This document shows, piece after piece, positions 37,456 to 46,547 of a DNA stretch of 46,547 nt (position 1 is the first letter of the stretch; each line of letters starts with the position of its first letter). The position numbers and the translations under genes are program-made. The stretch lies in UHGV virus genome UHGV-0027832; one strand, 5' to 3'. This DNA is from a virus. The notes below the pieces were generated by a model. It saw only the letters and a list, made by a program, of their open reading frames with translations. It was not told where the DNA came from and made no database searches.

Positions 37456-37781
37456 ACCAATCCCGCATTACGTTTGGCTTTATGAACAAATTCCATGAAA
37501 CGACCAATAGGCATTTCCTTGCGGATTTGCGCCAGTATCGCCCCGTGAATCATTCTTTCCTCGCCGTAATACAGCTTATCCAGCCGCGTTTTGATTAGTG
37601 CTCGCGTGCGCTTCATGTGGTCGCGTGCCTTAAGTGCCTTCTCATGCCAGACGCGATCATTCTTCTTATCAGCATATTGCAGTTGTCGCTCGACAGTTTC
37701 GATTTCAAACGCCAGTTGCATGTCATAATCTTCAAGCTGAATGATATCTGCTTTCATGATTTCGTTTAGTTGGATAATCAT
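37452..37781 (-). CDS. Hypothetical protein (109 aa)
   Basis: AAAGGTGA SD. Confidence 0.5.
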   Translation of the reverse strand: MIIQLNEIMKADIIQLEDYDMQLAFEIETVERQLQYADKKNDRVWHEKALKARDHMKRTRALIKTRLDKLYYGEERMIHGAILAQIRKEMPIGRFMEFVHKAKRNAGLV

Positions 37782-38158
37782 TTTTTCACCTTTAATCCTG
37801 ATTGTTCGAGTTCTTCAATAAGCTCATCTACGTAAATTACATCCCTATCAATGTAATACTCTCCGGGAAATTGATTTGGGAGCTCAATCTCAATCGCCGC
37901 ACGCGATGCCTGCCATGCATTCCATGCAAGGTTTGTTTGATGGCATTTGTACTGCTGGTTATCCCATTCTGTCATTGGGTATTCCGTGCGCCATAAATCA
38001 AAGCCTGTTTCTTCCTTAATCCACTCCTCAAACTTATCTCTGCTCGTCATCTTCACTTCCTCCACTATCCAGCCCATCTCTCTACGGTTATTGGCAATAA
38101 ACTCATCCGATGTTACAAACAGAGTTCTGCCAGATTTATGCTTAATAGCCCATCTCAT
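37778..38158 (-). CDS. Hypothetical protein (126 aa)
   Basis: ORF with ATGA overlap. Confidence 0.5.
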   Translation of the reverse strand: MRWAIKHKSGRTLFVTSDEFIANNRREMGWIVEEVKMTSRDKFEEWIKEETGFDLWRTEYPMTEWDNQQYKCHQTNLAWNAWQASRAAIEIELPNQFPGEYYIDRDVIYVDELIEELEQSGLKVKK

Positions 38159-38328
38159 TTAGTACATCCTCAGCAAGTTTTCGGAACATGATTTGCACCC
38201 TTGCCACCTTACGCCACTCAGCTTCGGTAAGAATCACATCTTCCTGCTGCGGCATTCCTGACATTTCATACGGCGGTAGCGGCTCATACTCTTGTTTCTT
38301 GCGTTTCGCTTTCCCCATAATGACCTCT
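38152..38328 (-). CDS. Hypothetical protein (58 aa)
   Basis: AAGAGGT SD before the ATG at 38328; overlaps the 3' end of the upstream gene in another frame. Confidence 0.3.
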
Positions 38329-38769
38329 TACATTGCGAAGAAGTGAATTAAAAAGATTGCTCGCGTTTACTTCCTGCTCCTTCCATGAGTAACGCCACAC
38401 TTTCTTGTGGTGGTCATAGCTTCGCGTTACATCACCGTTATGAAGCATAATGCGGATGCGGCTTTTCACGATGCGATAATCAATGCCAGTTGCGGCGCTG
38501 ATTTCTTTCACCTCTGCGCCAGCTTTATCAAGAAGATGGCAATTAATCGCATCATCAATACCAGCAGCATCATCAGAGATGAAATACTTATATTGCCACT
38601 TGCCGCCACGAATCACCGACTTCTCGCGGCGAATGAAGCCAAGCGCAAGCATTTCATGCAGACGGTGCGTTGTGGTGCTTGAATGCTTTCCGCCGCAATG
38701 CTTTTCAATGTATGCACGCGTTGCTCCAGGGTGATTGATAATCACTCGCATGATTTGTGATTTATAATC
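38284..38769 (-). CDS. Putative DNA-binding protein (161 aa)
   Basis: Start taken at the MDYKSQ ATG with AGGAG SD; probable winged-helix-like segment HRLHEMLALGFIRREK. Confidence 0.45.
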   Translation of the reverse strand, partial: DYKSQIMRVIINHPGATRAYIEKHCGGKHSSTTTHRLHEMLALGFIRREKSVIRGGKWQYKYFISDDAAGIDDAINCHLLDKAGAEVKEISAATGIDYRIVKSRIRIMLHNGDVTRSYDHHKKVWRYSWKEQEVNASNLFNSLLRNVRGHYGESETQETRV

Positions 38770-39010
38770 CATAATCGCACTCCTCTGCTGCCTGATTGAA
38801 GCCATCGGCGGTGTAGAGGTGTCCGTTGCGGGTGTTCCATTTTTTAATTATGACTGATTTCTGTTGATATAAATCAGTTGCAATGCCACAACCCAAGCAA
38901 ACAATTTGCGATAATCCATCCTCTCTATCCATTGTCGTATCTCCGCTACCACAGAACGGGCACTCAAGTAATCCTTCCTCATTCATCGTTGGCATATGTG
39001 GCGCGCTCAT
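38762..39010 (-). CDS. Lar-family restriction alleviation-like zinc-finger protein
   Basis: ...LLECPFCGSGDTTM...CLGCG...: the CPFCG...CxxC pattern is typical of Lar proteins; ATG at 39010 overlaps the upstream TGA. Confidence 0.55.
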   Translation of the reverse strand: MSAPHMPTMNEEGLLECPFCGSGDTTMDREDGLSQIVCLGCGIATDLYQQKSVIIKKWNTRNGHLYTADGFNQAAEECDYGL

Positions 39011-39201
39011 TTCAACCACTCCCCAAGATTGTTAAATTTAGGCGTATCGCCTGACCAGTCGATAACGTCTCTCTGCTGGCTGCGATTGCGTTGCAGTCGG
39101 TTGCGCACTTCTCGCAGTTCGCACTCCAGCCATTCGCGAGTACGCTCAACTTCATTCAGTCGCTGGATTAGCGATTGTTCGTACAGCTCGTCAGTTGTCA
39201 T
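39007..39201 (-). CDS. Hypothetical coiled-coil protein (64 aa)
   Basis: Strong GAGGAG SD 7 nt before the ATG at 39201. Confidence 0.45.
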   Translation of the reverse strand: MTTDELYEQSLIQRLNEVERTREWLECELREVRNRLQRNRSQQRDVIDWSGDTPKFNNLGEWLK

Positions 39202-39211
39202 TGTGTACTCC

Positions 39212-39415
39212 TCAAAATTTACCAATTGCTGCCAGTCTCAGCATTACAGGCAGGTCTTTCTCTGCGTAGTCAACCTTCCCCTGATGATACCCTTCAAGGA
39301 CGGAGTTTTTGATATGCTCCATGCAGACATCAATGTCATTACTGCTGACCCCGCGAGCTTCAAGCATGGAGCGCAAATACTCACATCTTTCCGTTATTAC
39401 TTTTTCTGCACTCAT
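39212..39415 (-). CDS. Hypothetical protein (67 aa), first gene of the leftward operon
   Basis: AAGGTGA SD before the ATG at 39415. Confidence 0.45.
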   Translation of the reverse strand: MSAEKVITERCEYLRSMLEARGVSSNDIDVCMEHIKNSVLEGYHQGKVDYAEKDLPVMLRLAAIGKF

Positions 39416-39429
39416 TTCCACATCACCTT

Positions 39430-39510
39430 TTTCGTTGTGGTACAATCTACGTCAATAAGTATTGACTAAATGATGTAGATTGGTCAACAATAATTTTCGA
39501 AAAGGAGTAG
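39430..39510. promoter_or_regulatory. Divergent promoter region: TGGTACAAT extended -10 (39436-39446) and the TTGACT...GATGTAGATTGGTCAA element
   Basis: Lies between divergent genes starting at 39415(-) and 39516(+). TTGAC (39462) and GTCAA (39485) are inverted around TAGATT (39476-39481). Confidence 0.35.
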
Positions 39511-39515
39511 TAAAT

Positions 39516-39740
39516 ATGCCAAGACCACGACGTGAGCCGATGGACATTATCACCAGCATTGTGGAGAAGCGGCAGCCGCTGACACTCCGCGATGTTCGCT
39601 ACTTTGCCCGTTGCTATGTGGCGCTGGCTGATATGCCGAAGGAAGATATGTACCAGATGATTCGCAATAATTTTAATGTTGATGAACACAACCGCGTCAC
39701 AATGCCGCGACGCGAGATGATTAAGTGGAGAGAGGAATGA
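39516..39740 (+). CDS. Hypothetical protein (74 aa)
   Basis: AAAGGAG SD 7 nt before the ATG; the listed ORF starts at TTG. Confidence 0.5.
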   Translation: MPRPRREPMDIITSIVEKRQPLTLRDVRYFARCYVALADMPKEDMYQMIRNNFNVDEHNRVTMPRREMIKWREE

Positions 39741-40258
39741 TTAAAGGCAAACTGGTTTATTCTGGAGTTGGCGGCCCGGCTCGCATATACAAATCGCAAA
39801 GCATCGAGCAGTCATATGATGATATTCAATTTGAATCAATGACACTGAAAAAAGTTGATGCTGGTAGATGCGCGAGAATAGAGGGGGTTGATAAGTATGG
39901 GTATAAATTTTTCGCTGAATACCCATCATGGTCGTTCGTTTTTGAAAATGACGAGCAAGACCTAAACGATTGCATTGGCGCACCGGAAGCAGACACTACA
40001 GAGCAACTCATCAACGAACGCGGTAGCCGATACGGTAAATTCAAAGACGGTGCTGAAATCATGCAGGAACTGAAAGAAGTGATGCGCGGGGTGGATGGGT
40101 GGCACAACCTGACGCCAAGCCAACGCGAGGCGCTAGACATGATTCAGCACAAGATTGGGCGCATACTGAATGGAGACCCGACTTATGATGACAGCTGGAA
40201 AGATATTGCTGGCTATGCGACGTTAATTGTTAATGAACTGAACGGAGAGATTAAATAA
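39737..40258 (+). CDS. Hypothetical protein with a possible C-terminal MazG-like all-alpha NTP-pyrophosphohydrolase domain
   Basis: GAGAGGA SD; C-terminal EIMQELKEVMRGVDGWHNLTPSQREALDMIQHKIGRILNGDPTYDDSWKDIAGYATLIVNEL has the spacing of acidic/aromatic residues seen in MazG/HisE-like proteins (low confidence). Confidence 0.4.
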   Translation: MIKGKLVYSGVGGPARIYKSQSIEQSYDDIQFESMTLKKVDAGRCARIEGVDKYGYKFFAEYPSWSFVFENDEQDLNDCIGAPEADTTEQLINERGSRYGKFKDGAEIMQELKEVMRGVDGWHNLTPSQREALDMIQHKIGRILNGDPTYDDSWKDIAGYATLIVNELNGEIK

Positions 40259-40470
40259 TGGCACCACCAAAACATGACGAGCTTGTGTATCTCCATATTG
40301 AGCAAGTTAATGGCAGAAGCATGATTGTCGATCAGGACGGACGCAGGGTTGCTGGTGTGGTTAACTTCAATCTCGACGCATCTTTTGATGGAGTATCTAC
40401 AATCACTGCAACAATCGAATCGGCAACATATGGCGAAAACAGCAAAATCCATATCACTACAGGAGCATAA
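40258..40470 (+). CDS. Hypothetical protein (70 aa)
   Basis: TAATGG overlap with the upstream gene. Confidence 0.45.
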   Translation: MAPPKHDELVYLHIEQVNGRSMIVDQDGRRVAGVVNFNLDASFDGVSTITATIESATYGENSKIHITTGA

Positions 40471-40471
40471 A

Positions 40472-40780
40472 ATGTCATTCTGCGACATTACCATCGCGCA
40501 ACGAAACGCGAACTACACCAATATTGCTGACACGTCCGCACAACTGGTATCACTCAATAGCGACGGCAGCGCAGTGCTGAAAATCGGCACCGAAACAGCG
40601 CAATTCATCGTGCAAAATCTGTCGCAGGCGAACGCAAAGCAGGTGCTGATTAGTACTGGTAGCGTGCTGTTTCTGGCGGGTAATTACAATGCACCGAACC
40701 TTGAGTGTTCACTGGTACGCATCGTTGAAACTGCGGTCGAGGAATCTGTTGATGAGTCAACAACATTGCCAGCAGAGTGA
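40472..40780 (+). CDS. Hypothetical protein (102 aa)
   Basis: AGGAGCA SD before the ATG at 40472. Confidence 0.45.
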   Translation: MSFCDITIAQRNANYTNIADTSAQLVSLNSDGSAVLKIGTETAQFIVQNLSQANAKQVLISTGSVLFLAGNYNAPNLECSLVRIVETAVEESVDESTTLPAE

Positions 40781-40901
40781 GCCGTCCGCCTACATCGTTA
40801 CGGATAACCGAGGTAAACGCTATCTCGTGTTTTCCGGTAGCGTTGAGCATCAGAATGCAATTATGTTTGGGTATGAAACTAAACCACTGTATGGGGAATA
40901 A
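40752..40901 (+). CDS. Hypothetical protein (49 aa)
   Basis: GAGGAA SD; overlaps the previous gene by 29 nt. Confidence 0.3.
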   Translation: MSQQHCQQSEPSAYIVTDNRGKRYLVFSGSVEHQNAIMFGYETKPLYGE

Positions 40902-40903
40902 AT

Positions 40904-41065
40904 ATGGATGCTTATGATGAATTAATGGCTGCTCTTGGTTACTATTTTGGCGATGGTGAGATGCTGGCCAGTGAAGAATCCATCAGGGAGATTATTGGTC
41001 AGGAGCATGACCCAATACAAACTATTGCGGAGGCTCTTGATGAATATCGTGAGCGGATAAAGTAA
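40904..41065 (+). CDS. Hypothetical protein (53 aa)
   Basis: ATG 2 nt after the previous stop; followed by a terminator. Confidence 0.35.
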   Translation: MDAYDELMAALGYYFGDGEMLASEESIREIIGQEHDPIQTIAEALDEYRERIK

Positions 41066-41067
41066 AA

Positions 41068-41096
41068 CAAAGCCCCATTACGGGGCTTTTTTATTG
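41068..41096. terminator. Bidirectional rho-independent terminator
   Basis: AAAGCCCCATTACGGGGCTTT hairpin followed by TTTATT. Confidence 0.7.
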
Positions 41097-41569
41097 CGTA
41101 ACGAATTGTACTGTGCCTCACATGCTAATCCTGCCTCTCTTGCCCTGTCAGCATAATCTGCCAGTTGTCGATTTCTTTCGACAGATGCTGCGAGCACGTC
41201 GGCAAGCAAAACTCCGGTTTCTGCGGTTGGATCGCCAATGGACTCAGTGGCGGAATATCCGACGAGCTGCTTGCGGATGTTTGCGAGTTGTTGCTGCAAC
41301 CTGCCAGACTTAGCAGCAGCATTGACAGCGTCATTGCGCGCAGCGTCAATCCTTTGCTGTGCATCGGCCTGAATCTTTTGCAGTTCTGCATTGCGTCGTT
41401 GCTCCTCTTGTTCGTCTGCGGTCTTCTGGTCTGCGATGGCCTTTGCATATCCGGCTGCGTATCGCTGGTCGCCGTACTCTATAACCTCCCCGCGAATCAA
41501 CAGCGCGCCAGCTGCAGCAATTATAATAATTGCCAGCGGTCGCCAGTATCTACTGAGTACTGTTTCCAT
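41078..41569 (-). CDS. Rz: Rz-like inner-membrane spanin (i-spanin)
   Basis: N-terminal TM helix (PLAIIIIAAAGALLI), then a long Ala/Gln/Arg-rich coiled coil; sits downstream of the holin and endolysin genes. Confidence 0.7.
   Translation of the reverse strand: METVLSRYWRPLAIIIIAAAGALLIRGEVIEYGDQRYAAGYAKAIADQKTADEQEEQRRNAELQKIQADAQQRIDAARNDAVNAAAKSGRLQQQLANIRKQLVGYSATESIGDPTAETGVLLADVLAASVERNRQLADYADRAREAGLACEAQYNSLRNKKAP
41125..41334 (-). CDS. Rz1: Rz1-like outer-membrane lipoprotein spanin (o-spanin), embedded in the +1 frame of Rz
   Basis: MTLSMLLLSLAGCSN carries an LAGC lipobox; proline-rich mature part; lies entirely inside the Rz gene. Confidence 0.65.
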   Translation of the reverse strand: MTLSMLLLSLAGCSNNSQTSASSSSDIPPLSPLAIQPQKPEFCLPTCSQHLSKEIDNWQIMLTGQERQD

Positions 41570-41691
41570 TTCCCGAAACTCCAGCCAGCCATAAGTGAGG
41601 ATGGGCTATGCAGTTGGTTATAAAGTGCAATCCCTTGGTGGTCTGGTATGCAAAGTAAAATCCACTCCGCATCTTCATCAGTTTATGTATT

Positions 41692-41931
41692 TCACGCATT
41701 CTTGCTTTCATCTTTTAACCTCTTATTCGCCTTATTCATCGCATGCATCTTGCCGAGGATGCCAATCAGCATGATTGAGTAGCTAACACCTTTAACTACG
41801 ATTGGCGGTAGCGCCGCTTTCAGGTCATCAGGCATCATTACCCACACATGCATCATTGCGTCAGGCCATAGCTGCAACAGTGAGCAGAATGAAATCCACG
41901 CGCCGAGCAGCCAGTTGCTTAGTTTTTTCAT
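41692..41931 (-). CDS. Putative holin (79 aa, two TM segments, charged C-terminus)
   Basis: TM segments LLGAWISFCSLLQLW and VSYSIMLIGILG; C-terminal KANKRLKDESKNA; ATGA overlap with the endolysin stop; GGAG SD. Confidence 0.55.
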   Translation of the reverse strand: MKKLSNWLLGAWISFCSLLQLWPDAMMHVWVMMPDDLKAALPPIVVKGVSYSIMLIGILGKMHAMNKANKRLKDESKNA

Positions 41932-42392
41932 GCCACAACTCCGCCAGCATCCTTGTATACCTGAATCAGCTTATCCAGTTTCTGCTCATGCTGGCCATAG
42001 CCAGCGCCCGGCAGTGAAGCCCAGCGTGAGCGGCATTTATGGATGGCATCAGCAATGCGACCAGCCTCAATATCCGCAGTGGCTTTGCATTCACGGATTA
42101 ACTGCATTGCAATAGCGTCCTGCGATGCGGGGGAGAAGTCCGGCAAGCGTAATTGCTTTTTGTATGCGTCATAAAACTTAGCCAGCACCTGATAGCGTCC
42201 GGCTGCAGTGGATTTTATTCCCAACTTAGGCAGACTAATCAGCTTGCGTGGGTGGTCTGCGTAATCGGTAAACAGCGAGCCACCAACAATCACATCATAA
42301 CCATGATTATTGGTTTTCTGTCGCCCGTTATCAGTGCCTTCGCTGTACGCCAGCATATCCAGAAACGCCTTCATGTTTTTGCTAATAACCAT
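41928..42392 (-). CDS. Endolysin, lambda R-like lytic transglycosylase
   Basis: MVISKNMKAFLDMLAYSEGTDNGRQKTNNHGYDVIVGGSLFTDYADHPRKL... is collinear with lambda R (MVEINNQRKAFLDMLAWSEGTDNGRQKTRNHGYDVIVGG...); start at 42392 with AAGAGGT SD. Confidence 0.85.
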   Translation of the reverse strand: MVISKNMKAFLDMLAYSEGTDNGRQKTNNHGYDVIVGGSLFTDYADHPRKLISLPKLGIKSTAAGRYQVLAKFYDAYKKQLRLPDFSPASQDAIAMQLIRECKATADIEAGRIADAIHKCRSRWASLPGAGYGQHEQKLDKLIQVYKDAGGVVA

Positions 42393-42660
42393 ACCAGTAA
42401 ACCTCTTTTTCAGCCTTGCGTTTTGCTTTATCTCCAGTCTTCTCCCCCCACACAATGAAATGCGCAACAGCACATGAGAAGCAGCGAAGATTGTGTTTCT
42501 TCAAAAGCGTTGATTTGCGGAAAGTGTCAATGCCGATGTCGGTGGCAAGACTTGTCAGTGCGTCAAACTGATTCCGCGTTGTCTCAGTGGTGATGTAAGG
42601 AGATATATCTACGGCATCAGTGACTCCAAGTGTCTCCGCGCCGCGTTGCGATAGTTTCAT
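42382..42660 (-). CDS. Hypothetical protein (92 aa) translationally coupled to the endolysin gene
   Basis: GGAGG SD 4 nt before the ATG at 42660; no TM segment; overlaps the endolysin start by 11 nt. Confidence 0.5.
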   Translation of the reverse strand: MKLSQRGAETLGVTDAVDISPYITTETTRNQFDALTSLATDIGIDTFRKSTLLKKHNLRCFSCAVAHFIVWGEKTGDKAKRKAEKEVYWYGY

Positions 42661-42694
42661 TCTGCCTCCTGTTCAAATGATGATTAATTCTATC

Positions 42695-42723
42695 ACAACA
42701 GGTATTGACGTAGATTGAGTGGT
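42695..42723 (+). promoter_or_regulatory. Putative promoter TTGACG-N17-CATAGT containing the TAGATT/GGTGGTG motif
   Basis: TTGACGTAGATTGAGTGGTGGTGCATAGT; lies between the divergent genes at 42660(-) and 42765(+). Confidence 0.3.
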
Positions 42724-42764
42724 GGTGCATAGTATCTGCATCAATAACGAGTGAGGTGATGAGA

Positions 42765-42986
42765 ATGAAAATAGAGCTTAACAAAGAAAGTAATATGCTA
42801 AGTATTACTGGGCAGGGAGAGATGGTATTCACAAGGATCAAAAATGAAAATGAAGCTGCAATAACAATGATATGTGACGGGGCGAAATCTTCAGTTCAAG
42901 ATATGTATCTGGTCAATTTAAAAGGGAAAACAAGGGTTGGCAGATTTCTCTCTGCGCTGAAGCATGTGTGGATTCTTGCCAGATAA
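42765..42986 (+). CDS. Hypothetical protein (73 aa)
   Basis: GAGGTGA SD 6 nt before the ATG at 42765. Confidence 0.45.
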   Translation: MKIELNKESNMLSITGQGEMVFTRIKNENEAAITMICDGAKSSVQDMYLVNLKGKTRVGRFLSALKHVWILAR

Positions 42987-42996
42987 AGGTGTGATT

Positions 42997-43140
42997 ATGG
43001 TGATGGTCAAATTCAAAGAAAACGGACGCTGCGGAGTGTTCAACCTTGAGCAAATCAAAATTCGTCCGTGCGGAAAGGTGGTTGCGCCATTTGGTCTGGT
43101 GCAGATGCGTGAGATCGAGATTGTTGAATATATTAAGTGA
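42997..43140 (+). CDS. Hypothetical protein (47 aa)
   Basis: AAAGGTG SD; sequence MVMVKFKENGRCGVFNLEQIKIRPCGKVVAPFGLVQMREIEIVEYIK. Confidence 0.35.
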   Translation: MVMVKFKENGRCGVFNLEQIKIRPCGKVVAPFGLVQMREIEIVEYIK

Positions 43141-43148
43141 GGTTGGCG

Positions 43149-43283
43149 ATGGAAGAGTTTAAAGGCACGCAAGGAAAATGGGAAGTTGTTGCTGGTGAAG
43201 ATAACGCGCCAGATGTTATCTCGGATATTGGTGTTGAGATTGCATTCACCCCAACATACAACGGCGACAAAACTGAGCAATAG
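43149..43283 (+). CDS. N-terminal segment (44 aa) of a TAG-interrupted ORF
   Basis: GAGG SD; sequence MEEFKGTQGKWEVVAGEDNAPDVISDIGVEIAFTPTYNGDKTEQ, then TAG at 43281-43283. Confidence 0.4.
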   Translation: MEEFKGTQGKWEVVAGEDNAPDVISDIGVEIAFTPTYNGDKTEQ

Positions 43284-43446
43284 CATAACGCAAAGTTAAT
43301 CGCAGCATCTCCTAACCTGCTCGCAGCACTCCAGCAACTCATGGAAATCTACGACGACCACTCAGGCAAAGTCTGGACAACATCAAGCAAGCGTCGCGCT
43401 CTGGATAATGCGCGCGCGGCGGTTAATAAAGCATTGGGAGAATAAT
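43284..43446 (+). other. In-frame continuation (54 codons) after the TAG: HNAKLIAASPNLLAALQQLMEIYDDHSGKVWTTSSKRRALDNARAAVNKALGE*
   Basis: Same frame as 43149..43283, with no SD and no start codon of its own near the 5' end. The NAKLIAA.P.LLAAL-type segment looks like the C-terminal half of a small phage protein family (assigned from memory). Confidence 0.4.
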
Positions 43447-43447
43447 C

Positions 43448-43672
43448 ATGTGGCTTGTATTTAATATTGGATGTATCGAATGCGGTGTTTCATCAAATGT
43501 TGTTGCTATTTATCCAACTAAACAAGAGGCTAATGCGGTGGCTGAAAAACTGAATGAGGTTCACGAATGGCGAGAAGGCGGTCAAAACTCGTATGAGGTA
43601 TTTAAGCTGGGTGAGCTGTACGAGGTTGAGGGTGAATATAAAGAAATACTTTCCGATGGAGAAACAAAATGA
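43448..43672 (+). CDS. Hypothetical protein (74 aa)
   Basis: GGGAGAA SD; ORF. Confidence 0.5.
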   Translation: MWLVFNIGCIECGVSSNVVAIYPTKQEANAVAEKLNEVHEWREGGQNSYEVFKLGELYEVEGEYKEILSDGETK

Positions 43673-44259
43673 AACTTATCGACTTGTTAGTTCAAGAATT
43701 GCCTAAGCGTGGCGGGTGGCCTGAAGGTGCTGTCGAGTGCCAGAGATTTGTTGATGAGGCAACCATTGATTTTTATGATGAAAATGGAAATTGGGATGAT
43801 GACTGTTCACTTACTTACGGCTCTATAGCGGTGGAGCTCGTCAGAAAGCAGGCATACCCTTGCGAGAGCGAGCAAGTAACTCGCGACCAATACGAATCCG
43901 CACTCTCCGCATCGCAAAAATCAGCATGGAACGGTGAAGGCCTGCCGCCCGCTGGTGTTGAGTGTGAGGCTAAATACAGAGAATCAGATATTGCCGAGTG
44001 GTTTTTGTTCCGCTGTGTTGGTGTTGATTGCGGCATGGCATTTGGTTGGGCAGGGAAAGAGGCTGTCACTCTTGGTAAGGGAAGTTATGAATTTCGACCG
44101 CTACACACTGAAGCAGAGAGGAAGCGAGAAGTGGCAATTGAGGCAATTCTATCTGATATGAGAACCATACCATGTGACCTAAGCCTGCGTGATGGGGTTG
44201 CTGTTATTTACGACGCCATCGCAGCAGGCAAGATTCCCGGCGTGAAACTGGAGGGTTGA
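43669..44259 (+). CDS. Hypothetical protein (196 aa)
   Basis: ORF with ATGA overlap. Confidence 0.5.
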   Translation: MKLIDLLVQELPKRGGWPEGAVECQRFVDEATIDFYDENGNWDDDCSLTYGSIAVELVRKQAYPCESEQVTRDQYESALSASQKSAWNGEGLPPAGVECEAKYRESDIAEWFLFRCVGVDCGMAFGWAGKEAVTLGKGSYEFRPLHTEAERKREVAIEAILSDMRTIPCDLSLRDGVAVIYDAIAAGKIPGVKLEG

Positions 44260-44261
44260 TA

Positions 44262-44390
44262 TGCGATGGTTGCTTGCATTTGTTCTTGGCGTCTGCTGGT
44301 TAATTTTATCTCTAATCACTGATAGTGATGCCAATATGATAATCGCCAATATCTGGATGGCAGCAAGTTTCATCTTGGCATCAAAATAAT
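44262..44390 (+). CDS. Hypothetical 42-aa membrane peptide
   Basis: GGAGGG SD; sequence MRWLLAFVLGVCWLILSLITDSDANMIIANIWMAASFILASK; followed by a terminator. Confidence 0.35.
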
Positions 44391-44400
44391 ATAAAGCCAC

Positions 44401-46546
<2,146 letters not shown>

Positions 46547-46547
46547 T

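Noticed and set aside
39447-39689. 80-aa minus-strand ORF overlapping the 39516..39740 gene
   Set aside because: It is antisense and spans the divergent promoter region. The SD-supported plus-strand gene is preferred.

Overview
The window looks like an almost complete, mosaic genome of a tailed siphovirus infecting Enterobacteria, T1- or Dhillonvirus-like in gene content, with lambda-like lysis genes. The left partial minus-strand ORF reads in frame into the portal ORF at the right edge, so the two ends are probably contiguous in a circular or circularly permuted assembly.

Most of the minus strand carries the packaging and morphogenesis modules, interrupted by plus-strand accessory blocks:
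- TerS, an HNH endonuclease, TerL, six small translationally coupled genes, then portal and a Mu-F-like head morphogenesis protein.
- Prohead protease/scaffold, decoration protein and major capsid protein.
- Head-tail joining genes and the major tail protein.
- Tail chaperone and tape measure protein.
- Minor tail M/L/K-like proteins, a J-like tip protein and a beta-helix tailspike.

A plus-strand replication and recombination module spans 6.8-15.4 kb: prim-pol/helicase, a Sak4-like ATPase, Gp157, a DUF669 SSB-like protein, an SF2 helicase and a VRR-NUC nuclease. A lambda-type lysis cassette (R-like transglycosylase, holin, Rz with embedded Rz1) lies at 41.1-42.7 kb. One tRNA with anticodon CAU sits at 27.5 kb.

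Four opposite-strand accessory blocks with their own promoters and terminators interrupt the structural operons: a homing-endonuclease-like gene (21.3-22.2 kb), an Imm-like superinfection-exclusion cassette (25.4-26.3 kb), a block encoding an HTH regulator, an HNH endonuclease, acidic proteins, a DGQHR/ParB-like protein and a truncated beta-clamp homolog (30.1-33.6 kb), and a block of small genes (39.5-44.3 kb).

The observations most worth follow-up are:
- Two ORFs interrupted by in-frame TAG codons; in one, the VRR-NUC nuclease is followed in frame by an E. coli SSB C-terminal tail.
- An iteron-rich, AT-rich candidate origin upstream of the primase-helicase gene.
- A roughly 390-nt structured leader between a consensus promoter and the tRNA.
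- A recurring TTGAC(A/G)-N17-TAGATT promoter family.

No integrase or lysogeny module was seen.
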